From an uncultured Gammaproteobacteria bacterium (GTDB lineage: Bacteria > Patescibacteriota > Microgenomatia > UBA1406 > GWC2-37-13): 64,000 nucleotides of DNA. Shown here piece by piece: positions 28,888 to 37,771 of this stretch. Below the pieces are notes generated by a model that saw nothing but the letters and a program-made list of their open reading frames with translations, was not told the DNA's origin and did no database searches. Position numbers and translations under genes: made by a program. The stretch is from positions 10,668 to 74,667 of the forward strand of contig CAZGYB010000004.1 in assembly GCA_964530235.1 (NCBI GenBank), in the 5' to 3' direction. Position 1 is the first letter of the stretch. The number at the start of each line of letters is the position of its first letter.

Positions 28888-29109
28888 TTACTCTTCTTTT
28901 TCTACACCAAGAAGTTTGAGAACGACGTCTTTTTTGTAGCGTCTGTCCCCGCGGGAGTTGATTCGGATTGCTGGAAGCTTTCCTTTTTTCCCCCAGCGCT
29001 TCACGGTTAGATTGGAAACCCGGAGGAGTGAGGCAACTTCGCGGATGGTGAGAAGATCTGGTAAGTCATCAAGTGATACTTTCGGCATAGTTTTGTTTTT
29101 AAGTGACAT
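28888..29109 (-). CDS. excisionase/MerR-type helix-turn-helix DNA-binding protein
   Basis: LLTIREVASLLRVSNLTVKRWGKKGKLPAIRI is a classic HTH_17 pattern. 73 aa. Confidence 0.75.
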   Translation of the reverse strand: MSLKNKTMPKVSLDDLPDLLTIREVASLLRVSNLTVKRWGKKGKLPAIRINSRGDRRYKKDVVLKLLGVEKEE

Positions 29110-29147
29110 AGTTAGTATTATAAAATACGTATTAGATATTTGTCAAA

Positions 29148-29195
29148 CCCTCTTCTCCAATTACGCTTACAAGGCGTAATAGAAGAAGGGGGGGG
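29148..29195. promoter_or_regulatory. imperfect inverted repeat plus a G8 homopolymer in a divergent intergenic region
   Basis: CCCTCTTCT..ATTACGC-TTACAAG-GCGTAAT-AGAAGAAGGG has a perfect 7-bp core at 29160-29166/29174-29180. It is followed by GGGGGGGG (29188-29195), about 52 nt upstream of the ATG at 29247. Confidence 0.4.
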
Positions 29196-29246
29196 AAATG
29201 TGTTGCAAAATGGAACAGGCTTTGTTAGAGTGAATATATTCATAAT

Positions 29247-31493
29247 ATGGATGTAAGAAAACGCAGTCAGAGCGGTGAAATTGCTACGATAATTACTATC
29301 GGTACCCTTGTTGTGATAGGTCTGACAACACTGGTTTCTTCATTTTTTCTAAATCAGAAACGGACAACGAGTTCAAAAGCTGCCGAACCAATATCTCAAT
29401 CATGTTCAGGTTCTTGCAGTATTCCGAATTCATTTTGCGTAACCTGTATGAATCCGAAAGAACGGCAAAGTTGTGCAAGCGATGCAGGGGTTTCACTCGT
29501 CTCTAAATGTATTAGTGGTCAATGGGCGTATCAGTATCCAGAATGTCGCACAGAATGTAATCCTGACGGAGGAGGAGGCGCTTCATCCTCAAGCAGTAGT
29601 ACCGGGGGTGGTGGAGGAGGGGGCGGAGGGGGAAATCCATGCCGTGATAGAGTTGTTGCTGCAGGAAGCGGATGGTATTGGAGAGCTGACTGTGGAAGAA
29701 GCTGCTCCGGAAACAGCGATTGCCCCCAAAATCCTCAGGACCCAAATCCAGCCACTAGTAACTGGTGTTACCTGTTCGATCAAGGTATGCGCTGTATGCA
29801 ACGGATTCAAGAAGGTGGCGGGGGAGGAGGAGGTGGTGGTTCTTCATCATCCAGTGGCGGTGGAGGCGGGGGCGGAGGGGGAGGAGGAACTTGTTTCCAA
29901 TTGTCTGGTGAAACCTATGCAGATTCGACAGGTGGGGGATTCCGTTTTAATACTCATGTGAAAGTGTTCAGTCCTCCGGGCGGAGGTGACGGGCATATTC
30001 AACTTTGGGTTGATGGCGCTTCAAAAGGGTGGAATCAGCCGTGGAACAAAGGCGCAAACAATCCGTTTGATATAGAACCGCAGTATCTTGATTCCCCAAC
30101 ACTTTCAAGCGGGCAAAGTGCAACAAAATCATACCGGGTGAAAATCGATGAATGCGGCGACAGGGGAAACACCGCAGAAATTTCCTGTACCTATTCGGTA
30201 AACGGATCAAGTCCGAATGTAACGGGAAGTTGTTCGTGTGCAAGTGGTAATTGTAGTGCGGGTCCTCCTCCAGTAAGTTCTTCCTCATCTGCCGGAGGTG
30301 GTCCACCCCCTGTGTCCTCATCGTCCCGAAGTTCCACATCATCACGAAGCTCATCGAGTGCACCTAACCAAAACGCCTGTCAGCGAGCAGGACATAATTG
30401 TGAAGAAAGATATCCTCCAAGTATGAATCCTCAAGCGTTTTGCATAAATGCCGGATATACTAATTATTACGCAAGTCTTGCATGTCAAGCGGGATATGTA
30501 TGTTGTGGCGGTGATGGTGCGGGTCAGAGTTCCAATTCATCTCGTTCTTCTTCGTCGCGTCCGGCAAGTTCTTCTTCAGCCCCTTCTGGTTTTAACAATT
30601 GTCCAACTATGTCAAAACCAGAGGGGAAGGACTGTGTTGAGCGACCAAGTTCTGTATGCGATAGCTATTCAAATGGTTATTACTTAAGACAGAATTGTGC
30701 AAGTGGACAACCTTCAAAATGGTGTTGTAAACTTGCAGCTGGATCCTCATCTTCAAATCCGGCAGGTTCTTCCTCATCTAATCCGCCTGCAAATTCATCC
30801 TCATCAAATCCACCCGCAGGATCTTCATCATCTGCGCCTTTAGGTCCGATTGATTATGACAGAGTGGGAAGTATTATTGTTAAGCTATCACTAAATAATA
30901 TTGGTTCACGTAATATTAATACTGAAAAAAACAATTTTAATATTGTTATCGATGGCAACCCAACGTATCCACAGGTTCAAGGTAACCAATTAGTATCAAA
31001 CTGGCAGAATATACAGCGGTATACTCCCGCACCACACCAGGCGATTCCTCATGTTGTGTCAGTATGGTTTCAGGGGAACGTCGATGCAGGTCAAAATTTC
31101 ATTCAGATAATTAATGATGCAAATATAACTTTTCGGGGAGATGAATTTGAAAAAACTATTGAAGCCTCTTTTGACTATGATCGAATTACAAAGCGGTTTA
31201 CTTTAAAAATTAATAATAACCGAAGCAATTGCACCACTATTGCAGTAGGTGGAAATTCTATCTTTAAACTTAACAACACTCATATTTCTCAGGTGCCCGG
31301 AGACAATTTAAGTTTGCCTTATGGGGGAAACGGTTTTGAACGCACGTATACATTTGAGAATTGGGAAGAGGCACTTTCAAGCTTAAGTTATAGAGATTGG
31401 ATATGTAACAGATCAGACGGATATGGTCAGGAAGTTTTACCTAATGCAACCGTGCCAATAAGTGGAAGTACATTTATTATTGATATCCGATAA
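29247..31493 (+). CDS. membrane-anchored secreted protein with Cys-rich modules joined by poly-Gly/poly-Ser linkers
   Basis: N-terminal TM (IATIITIGTLVVIGLTTLVSSFF), runs of G9-G11 and S6-S8, and two related ...C...NYY....C....CC modules. The C-terminal beta-rich domain has no Cys-rich repeats. Confidence 0.6.
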   Translation: MDVRKRSQSGEIATIITIGTLVVIGLTTLVSSFFLNQKRTTSSKAAEPISQSCSGSCSIPNSFCVTCMNPKERQSCASDAGVSLVSKCISGQWAYQYPECRTECNPDGGGGASSSSSSTGGGGGGGGGGNPCRDRVVAAGSGWYWRADCGRSCSGNSDCPQNPQDPNPATSNWCYLFDQGMRCMQRIQEGGGGGGGGGSSSSSGGGGGGGGGGGTCFQLSGETYADSTGGGFRFNTHVKVFSPPGGGDGHIQLWVDGASKGWNQPWNKGANNPFDIEPQYLDSPTLSSGQSATKSYRVKIDECGDRGNTAEISCTYSVNGSSPNVTGSCSCASGNCSAGPPPVSSSSSAGGGPPPVSSSSRSSTSSRSSSSAPNQNACQRAGHNCEERYPPSMNPQAFCINAGYTNYYASLACQAGYVCCGGDGAGQSSNSSRSSSSRPASSSSAPSGFNNCPTMSKPEGKDCVERPSSVCDSYSNGYYLRQNCASGQPSKWCCKLAAGSSSSNPAGSSSSNPPANSSSSNPPAGSSSSAPLGPIDYDRVGSIIVKLSLNNIGSRNINTEKNNFNIVIDGNPTYPQVQGNQLVSNWQNIQRYTPAPHQAIPHVVSVWFQGNVDAGQNFIQIINDANITFRGDEFEKTIEASFDYDRITKRFTLKINNNRSNCTTIAVGGNSIFKLNNTHISQVPGDNLSLPYGGNGFERTYTFENWEEALSSLSYRDWICNRSDGYGQEVLPNATVPISGSTFIIDIR

Positions 31494-31499
31494 ATACAT

Positions 31500-31916
31500 A
31501 TGTTTGAGACAAAAAAACTGAAAATGAGACTTGTTATGATAATTTGCTTGATTATTGCGTATTTTATTGCAACTATGCTCCATAGTACATTATTTATTGG
31601 AAGTTCGCCAAAAATTGACAAATATTTTGCAGATAAAATTAAACGTTCTGTATGGATGGCTTTTACTAAAGCAGGGAGAGAAGAAAAGCAGAAAATAAAC
31701 TCTGTTGAACAACTTGCCACTTCTGGAATGTTCAATCAGATAGCTCCAGGTGTTAAAGCTGCTCAAAACGAAAACGGAACATATGTCATTATTTCGATGG
31801 GGGACGTGCAGTATCAGGAGTATACATTTACCGTTCATGGCAAACCGTTAAAAATCCGTGTTCCTGTCGGTCAGGAACCGCCACCAATGCAAACACTCGA
31901 ACAACTTGAAAATTAA
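31500..31916 (+). CDS. hypothetical membrane-anchored protein
   Basis: 138 aa with one N-terminal TM. Confidence 0.4.
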   Translation: MFETKKLKMRLVMIICLIIAYFIATMLHSTLFIGSSPKIDKYFADKIKRSVWMAFTKAGREEKQKINSVEQLATSGMFNQIAPGVKAAQNENGTYVIISMGDVQYQEYTFTVHGKPLKIRVPVGQEPPPMQTLEQLEN

Positions 31917-31940
31917 TAGAATCACCTGTATAACTTAACT

Positions 31941-32237
31941 ATGTACCTCGGTCCATTTTATTTTGACACCAAAGAAATTTTCCTTATTCTTGCTGCCATT
32001 CTGGTCGGATTCGCCATGTTTTTTGGATGGCAGATTATGTGGTTTAATCCGCGGGTCCTCCTGACGTTGATTCTTCTTATGCTCTTTACCAAAGGTTTAC
32101 TTCCCGCGATTCATAACGAAGCGTTTTTCATACTTGCCCTGGTGACCATTTTTCTCTCGCTCTACCTGCCTTTGTTTCAACTTGTGCTTTTCTACTTTAT
32201 TTCCTTCGCACTCTTCCGGCTTCTTAAGGTGATATAG
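31941..32237 (+). CDS. small integral membrane protein (3 TM)
   Basis: 98 aa, almost entirely hydrophobic helices. Confidence 0.4.
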   Translation: MYLGPFYFDTKEIFLILAAILVGFAMFFGWQIMWFNPRVLLTLILLMLFTKGLLPAIHNEAFFILALVTIFLSLYLPLFQLVLFYFISFALFRLLKVI

Positions 32238-33660
32238 TTGAGGAATAAAAAAATACTACACTGAGAAGGGTAAAAACATTTGGAACAGTGTAATTAATGA
32301 TAGTTACTATTTTCATCTGTTTTTTTTCAAAAAAACGTATACCGTTCATAAAAAAGAAAATAATTGAAAAAATTGAAGGAAAAATGTACCGAAAATCTTG
32401 ATTGCTTGCATATGGTTCTTTGAAACGGAAGAGCAATAGAAATAGTAACGAAAATAATAGATTCAATAAAAAGAGTAAATAGATTGCCTTATTTTTATAC
32501 CGATACAGAGTAAGGCCGATACTCATAATAATAAGTATGTATAGTAATAGCGCACTTAATATACAGGCGATAATCGATTGGACTGTTAAATTAAACTGAA
32601 ATTCGGCGAACAACAGAGATTTCAGAAAAAATTGCCAAAAATAATTTCTTCCCAGATTGTTGTCCCATGTACTCGTGTACGGTTGTTGAACGAAAAGAAT
32701 CGGGTTAAAAGCGAGAAAGGTTTTCAGGCGATTGCCAACATAAAGATCTTTGTTTATATATATTTCACCGGTTATCCAGTTTGCCCGTGGATTGTTTTTT
32801 AAAACAGAAAGATTCCTATATATGCTCAGGTAAGCTATAAAAACAAGCGTTATTAAAATTATTCCAATAATTAGTTTTTGTGATTTTTTGTGGGAGTAAT
32901 AGTGACTGTGGAATAAGGCAAAGACTCCGAGCAATGGAAGCAAAATGAACCCTGTTTTTTTTGAGAAGAGCGTAACTGCCGTTGTGATAAAAGCGAGAAT
33001 GATATATGGAATTTTTTTTTCTAGAATCCAAAGAAGGAGGAAAAAAAATGTCAGCGAATAAAATAAATAAGAGAACACATCATTTCCAATTCTTACTGAA
33101 TGAATAATTCCTGAGGGCCAAAAAACCAACAAAACTGTCGCGATAATTCTCTGCGAAGTTCCTTTAAATACTTTGAAAAAAATAATGATACCAATAACGA
33201 GCAAACACGAAAAAAAGAAGAGTGAAAAAAGCTGTAGCAGATGGTTAAAGTCCTTTTCAGAGTCTATTGAGAGAAATTTAGCAAACACACCAACAATATA
33301 ATAAAAGGGTGGTTGATGGAATTCCCATCCCTGGTCGGCAGGCGGAAGTTTCGAATTTTCAATAATATAGTTGATATAGTCTAGATGCCCACCGGTTTCC
33401 GTGACATCGTATGTTCGTGTTTTGAAATCGGTATAGCTAAGATATGCAAATCGAATGAGCAAACCAAGTATGAGAATTAAAAAAATAACAATAGGAAGTA
33501 TGTATTTGTTTTGCCGGGTTACTTTTGTTAGCATAAAGGTGTTACACACATAATACTGGAATTTTAGTTTGTTTTTCGAAAGTTTTGTTATTCCAATTTG
33601 ATCAAAAAACTGTATGGGGTATAAAAATATAATATTTGGTTTAGTTATCGTTTTAGTCAT
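32224..33660 (-). CDS. GT-C glycosyltransferase, GT39/ArnT (PMT_2)-like; likely start MLTKVTRQ at 33534
   Basis: About 12 TM helices. A first-loop segment TDFKTRTYDVTETGGHLDYINYI....LPPADQGWEFHQPPFYYIV is typical of the PMT_2/ArnT-like families. The annotated 5' end would overlap the divergent gene by 47 nt. Confidence 0.5.
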   Translation of the reverse strand: MTKTITKPNIIFLYPIQFFDQIGITKLSKNKLKFQYYVCNTFMLTKVTRQNKYILPIVIFLILILGLLIRFAYLSYTDFKTRTYDVTETGGHLDYINYIIENSKLPPADQGWEFHQPPFYYIVGVFAKFLSIDSEKDFNHLLQLFSLFFFSCLLVIGIIIFFKVFKGTSQRIIATVLLVFWPSGIIHSVRIGNDVFSYLFYSLTFFFLLLWILEKKIPYIILAFITTAVTLFSKKTGFILLPLLGVFALFHSHYYSHKKSQKLIIGIILITLVFIAYLSIYRNLSVLKNNPRANWITGEIYINKDLYVGNRLKTFLAFNPILFVQQPYTSTWDNNLGRNYFWQFFLKSLLFAEFQFNLTVQSIIACILSALLLYILIIMSIGLTLYRYKNKAIYLLFLLNLLFSLLFLLLFRFKEPYASNQDFRYIFPSIFSIIFFFMNGIRFFEKKQMKIVTIINYTVPNVFTLLSVVFFYSSTISP

Positions 33661-35056
33661 AGGCTATGTAACCTATTTTCATAACTACGCATATCCGCCC
33701 AACCTTTTCTGGGATGAAAACTATCATATTGCTTCAGCCTACAAATATATACATCATCAGTTTTTTATGGAACCGCATCCGCCCTTAGGCAAGCTTTTTA
33801 TTGCATGGGGGGAGCAGCTACTAAATCCAAACAAAGGAGTTGATACATCAGTTTTATCCTCAACAGACTATATAAAAGATATTCCCAAAGGATTTTCCTT
33901 TGTTGGAGTTCGTTTTTTTCCAGCTTTGTTCGGCTGGCTTTCAGCGCCTCTCTTCTTCCTTATTTTATACGCCCTGTTCCCGCATCTCATTGTTTCCCTC
34001 TTTTTTTCGGGTTTGTATCTGTTTGATAATGCGATGATCGTGCATAGCAGGGGAGCAATGCTTGACAGTACCGGTATGTTTTTTACGCTATTAACCCTCT
34101 TTTGTTTTGTTGTGCTGTATAAACAGAAAAAACTGCCAGTTGTGCGGTACGGGTTATTGGGGTTATGTACTGGTTTGGCACTTTCTGTAAAGCTGAATGC
34201 AGTTGTTTTGGGAATGCTCCTCTTTTTTTTATTGGTTAAGGAAGTTAAACAGGAGCATAAAAGACTATTGACCGCATTATCTCTGAGAATAATTATCTAC
34301 GTATTAACGGTGTCTGTTGTATTAAGCGGGATTTACTATCTGCATATTTCAAACGGCGGTTTTGTTTCAAATGGAAATTACTATGAGGCTTCAGAAAAAC
34401 TTAAATCTCTATTGGTCTCAAAGAAATATGCCTTACCTGAAAACTTCATACCTCAATTTATTGAGCATGTTCGGTTTATTCCTCATTATGAAAAAGGGGT
34501 TCCAAAACTCGACGTCTGCAAACCTGATGAGAATGGCAGTTATCCGCTTGTCTGGCCGTTCGGGAACAAAAGCATAAACTACCGCTGGGAAAAAATGGGA
34601 GAGAAAACAGCATATCTGTATTTGCAGTCAAATCCGGTGATCTGGCTTGTCGGATTGGTTGGAGTATTACTGTCTTTGATTTTGGTTTGTGCACGAATAG
34701 TATTTCGGCTTCCGCTAAAAAACCAAAAATTGTTTACCTGGATACTTTTAGTTACCTCTTTGTATGTTGTTTACATGACCTTAACACTTTCTGTATCAAG
34801 GGTTCTTTATTTATATCACTACTTTACTCCGCTTGTTTTTTCGTTTATTCTCGCTTATCTGCAGATGGTCTATATAGGAGAGGAACAGCTGAAGAAACAC
34901 AAGAAGAAAATATATGCTTTATTGATAGCATTATTTTTATGTATCATTTCGGCTTATCTTTTTTATGCGCCCTTCACTTATTATCAGCCTCTTTCGTTTG
35001 CAGAGTTTCAACAGCGCAACTGGTTTCCGTTCTGGCAGATGAAAGCAATTCAATAA
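33614..35056 (+). CDS. phospholipid-carrier-dependent protein O-mannosyltransferase-type glycosyltransferase (GT39/PMT)
   Basis: FWDENYHIASAYKY...FFMEPHPPLGKLFIAWG is the PMT loop-1 signature (DE...HPPLgK). The protein is polytopic, with a C-terminal 4-TM region. Confidence 0.7.
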   Translation: MGYKNIIFGLVIVLVIGYVTYFHNYAYPPNLFWDENYHIASAYKYIHHQFFMEPHPPLGKLFIAWGEQLLNPNKGVDTSVLSSTDYIKDIPKGFSFVGVRFFPALFGWLSAPLFFLILYALFPHLIVSLFFSGLYLFDNAMIVHSRGAMLDSTGMFFTLLTLFCFVVLYKQKKLPVVRYGLLGLCTGLALSVKLNAVVLGMLLFFLLVKEVKQEHKRLLTALSLRIIIYVLTVSVVLSGIYYLHISNGGFVSNGNYYEASEKLKSLLVSKKYALPENFIPQFIEHVRFIPHYEKGVPKLDVCKPDENGSYPLVWPFGNKSINYRWEKMGEKTAYLYLQSNPVIWLVGLVGVLLSLILVCARIVFRLPLKNQKLFTWILLVTSLYVVYMTLTLSVSRVLYLYHYFTPLVFSFILAYLQMVYIGEEQLKKHKKKIYALLIALFLCIISAYLFYAPFTYYQPLSFAEFQQRNWFPFWQMKAIQ

Positions 35057-35104
35057 AATATCTTTTATATTGCAATCATACCTATTAATCTGTATAGTTA
35101 ATGC

Positions 35105-35992
35105 ATGAAACTGGGATGGCTGAAAATGGAAAAAACTATCGTTTTTGTTGTTGTTTTCATTTCATTCCTCCTGCTCTCTCTTTCCGCACTGCTTTATTTT
35201 CGTTATTTAAGGCTTCCGGTAGCTCCAAGTGTTAAAGCTGCCTGGTCTCCGGCAACTATCTGTACTTTAGTGAAAGAAGATGGGTATGCGAATAAAGTCA
35301 ACCCATCCGCATCATTTGGATCTAATCTTTGGTTGAAAGCGGGGTACGATGCCAGCACCCTTAATCTCGCGTATTTTAAGTTTGACCCAACTCAGTTTAC
35401 CCCACTTTTTATGCGGGCCTACCTGCGGTTTCAGTACAAAGGGGAGAGTACGACTCAAACATGTGATACCAGCTTTGTAGTAAAGAAAATAACCTCAAGC
35501 TGGGCAGAACAGACGCTTACTTGGAACAATAAACCCGCAATGGAGACCTCAGGAATTGCTTCTAAGATAAATATTCCTGTTACAGGTACCTTGAGAACGG
35601 AAAATATTGATATCACAAGTATGTTGCGGAGTAAAACAATACCGTATGGTTTAGTACTTCATGAAGCACGGTATCGTCCGGAAGTCTGTAATACCAATCC
35701 AACAGATCCGAGTTGTTTTACGAATTTGCCATGCATGATGAACATTATTGCAAAAGAGGCGAGTACCGGTACTCAGCCAGCTGCACAAATATGTTTCGAC
35801 ACCTGCTACAAGCACCCGGATGGTGATGCGAACTGCGATGGTCAGTTTACCACTGCGGATTTTGAGCTGTGGCTTTCCTTGTATTTGGGGAATACGAATG
35901 TAACCTGTAACGGTTGCTCTGCGGATTTTAATGATGATAGAAAAGTTGATTTAAAAGATTTTGAGATTTGGAGACGGTCACGTTTTCCGTAA
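35105..35992 (+). CDS. secreted DNRLRE/CBM96-like domain protein with a C-terminal dockerin
   Basis: EDGYANKVNPSASFGSN..L.....LAYFKFDP.....MRAYLRFQY......VVKKITSSWAEQTLTWNNKPAM fits the DNRLRE pattern. The dockerin repeats are GDANCDGQFTTADFELWLSLY and ADFNDDRKVDLKDFEIW. Confidence 0.5.
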   Translation: MKLGWLKMEKTIVFVVVFISFLLLSLSALLYFRYLRLPVAPSVKAAWSPATICTLVKEDGYANKVNPSASFGSNLWLKAGYDASTLNLAYFKFDPTQFTPLFMRAYLRFQYKGESTTQTCDTSFVVKKITSSWAEQTLTWNNKPAMETSGIASKINIPVTGTLRTENIDITSMLRSKTIPYGLVLHEARYRPEVCNTNPTDPSCFTNLPCMMNIIAKEASTGTQPAAQICFDTCYKHPDGDANCDGQFTTADFELWLSLYLGNTNVTCNGCSADFNDDRKVDLKDFEIWRRSRFP

Positions 35993-35998
35993 AAGATT

Positions 35999-37771
35999 TT
36001 GCCGAAAGCTAATTATATGCAATCTAACCAGAGAGTTACACCATTACGAAAAGTACTTATATTAGCCACACTTGCTCTTTCAGTGGCATGTTTTGCTTAT
36101 ATAATGAATCTTTATTTGAGTAGTTCCAAGGCTAGTGCAAGTACGCTTTCTTTTACTTTTGTTCCCGGATCAACCAAAGTAAATATCGGTGAAACCTTCC
36201 ATACGTTGCTCACTATTACTCTTCCTGCAAGTAGTAAAACAAATAAAATATCAGGAATGAAGTTGAAATTACAGATAAGCCCGTATTTGCAATATGTTGG
36301 ATACCGGCAGGTTACTGTGCAGTCCGGTGCTGGTTATTTTACTGTGGTTCCGCACGGCGGATTTGTCTATATTCAGTCTGACGCATCGGTTCAGGAAACA
36401 TTTTTGGCGCCAAAGCCAGATACGCAACTTAGTAATGCAGTCGTAATCGATCTCATTTTAAAAGGGAAACAGGCAGGTGCCGGTATCATTTCGGTAGTGC
36501 CCGCAGAAACTCAGATTGTCGGGCAGACTGGAACCAGTACTATGGATTTTGTATTGCCGAGTGGTGGGGGTTTGAATTCTCCGTCTATTACTGTTGGTTC
36601 TTTTTCAAGCTCATCTTCCAGTTCATCGGTTTCATCTCAATCTTCATCAAGTTCCAGAAGCTCTTCATCCAGTTCACGGTCGAGCAGTTCTTCTTCGAGC
36701 TCGTCAAGTTCTACAAACCAGCTTTGTAATATTGGAACGAGCATGTGTGAAAACGGATGGAGTTTTTTTTGCGAAAGTGATGTCACTAAAAACGATCAAC
36801 CCTTTTGGAGTAGAAGAGGGCCTTGCACGTATGCAACGTGTGCACCAAATGGTAAGAGTTGTGGTGATCATTTTTCAGGAAAGTATGAACGCTGTTCTTT
36901 TGATTCTCGTGATGAAAGAACCTATTGGTTTGGATATCCAAATTCCTCATGTGAAGTTGTTAGTTCATGTGTACCTCCAGCTTGGTCGCAAGGTTATGCG
37001 GTTGAATGTATGCAGATAGGCTCAGTATATTGGAGAGTTTCTAACGGAACATCTACACAATCAAACTGTTCCCATTACCGATTTAAGTGCGATAGTGAGA
37101 TCACTTATCAGTGTTTAAAAGATCTTTCGGGGTCAACTTGGTGGGTGAATCAGGGTAGCATTTGTTCTGCCATTGGTTTTCCAGGCGGAAGTTCTTCTAG
37201 TTCATCAAGCTCATCCAGTGGGGGAGGAGCGCGATCGCAGGTTGGCTTACTGTTCAAGGCAAAGTTTCCTGATATTGCTCCTTCAGTCAATCTGATTCCC
37301 GGTGTGCAGGTGGAGTGGTATGACGGCGACCAGCTTTCCTGTGCAGACTGTAGCACCTTTGTTTCACTGGTCCGGGACGGCGCATATTTTAAAACAAACC
37401 AGCCGGTTTCGTTCAGTGTGAATACCGGAAGACAGCATACTGTGAAAATAAAAGCGGGAAATACAATCCGCCGGTCTTTTTCAGGCATTCAGTTTACTGC
37501 AAATCAGACATTAGATTGTACTGGGGGAACTATGCCTTCCGCTTGCGGTGAGCTCAAAACAAAAATCGAAACAAAACCCCTCTGGTCCGGCGACACCGAT
37601 CGCTTTAATAATTATTCAGACAGTTATAGTAAAATTGACTCGGTTGATTTGCAGATGCTTTCTATGAAATACGGTACCACATCATCAGAAGCAGACTTTA
37701 ACAGTGACGGACAAGTTGATATTATTGATTTAGATATTTTAGGACGCAACTACGGGTTGCAGGGGGACTAA
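35999..37771 (+). CDS. secreted cohesin-like + Cys-rich + dockerin protein (start more likely ATG 36017)
   Basis: In order: TM, a cohesin-like module (LSFTFVPGSTKVNIGETFHTLLTITLPA...ISGMKLKLQISP..L.YVGY...), a ~45-aa poly-Ser linker and a ~170-aa Cys-rich region. The C-terminal dockerin is ...ADFNSDGQVDIIDLDILGRNYG. Confidence 0.6.
   Translation: MPKANYMQSNQRVTPLRKVLILATLALSVACFAYIMNLYLSSSKASASTLSFTFVPGSTKVNIGETFHTLLTITLPASSKTNKISGMKLKLQISPYLQYVGYRQVTVQSGAGYFTVVPHGGFVYIQSDASVQETFLAPKPDTQLSNAVVIDLILKGKQAGAGIISVVPAETQIVGQTGTSTMDFVLPSGGGLNSPSITVGSFSSSSSSSSVSSQSSSSSRSSSSSSRSSSSSSSSSSSTNQLCNIGTSMCENGWSFFCESDVTKNDQPFWSRRGPCTYATCAPNGKSCGDHFSGKYERCSFDSRDERTYWFGYPNSSCEVVSSCVPPAWSQGYAVECMQIGSVYWRVSNGTSTQSNCSHYRFKCDSEITYQCLKDLSGSTWWVNQGSICSAIGFPGGSSSSSSSSSSGGGARSQVGLLFKAKFPDIAPSVNLIPGVQVEWYDGDQLSCADCSTFVSLVRDGAYFKTNQPVSFSVNTGRQHTVKIKAGNTIRRSFSGIQFTANQTLDCTGGTMPSACGELKTKIETKPLWSGDTDRFNNYSDSYSKIDSVDLQMLSMKYGTTSSEADFNSDGQVDIIDLDILGRNYGLQGD

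Noticed and set aside
29247-29400. Type IV prepilin-like N-termini in the secreted proteins (29247.., 41360.., 37772..).
   Set aside because: The hydrophobic N-termini lack the G|F/M-T-L-x-E prepilin peptidase motif with Glu at +5. They look like ordinary TM anchors or signal peptides.
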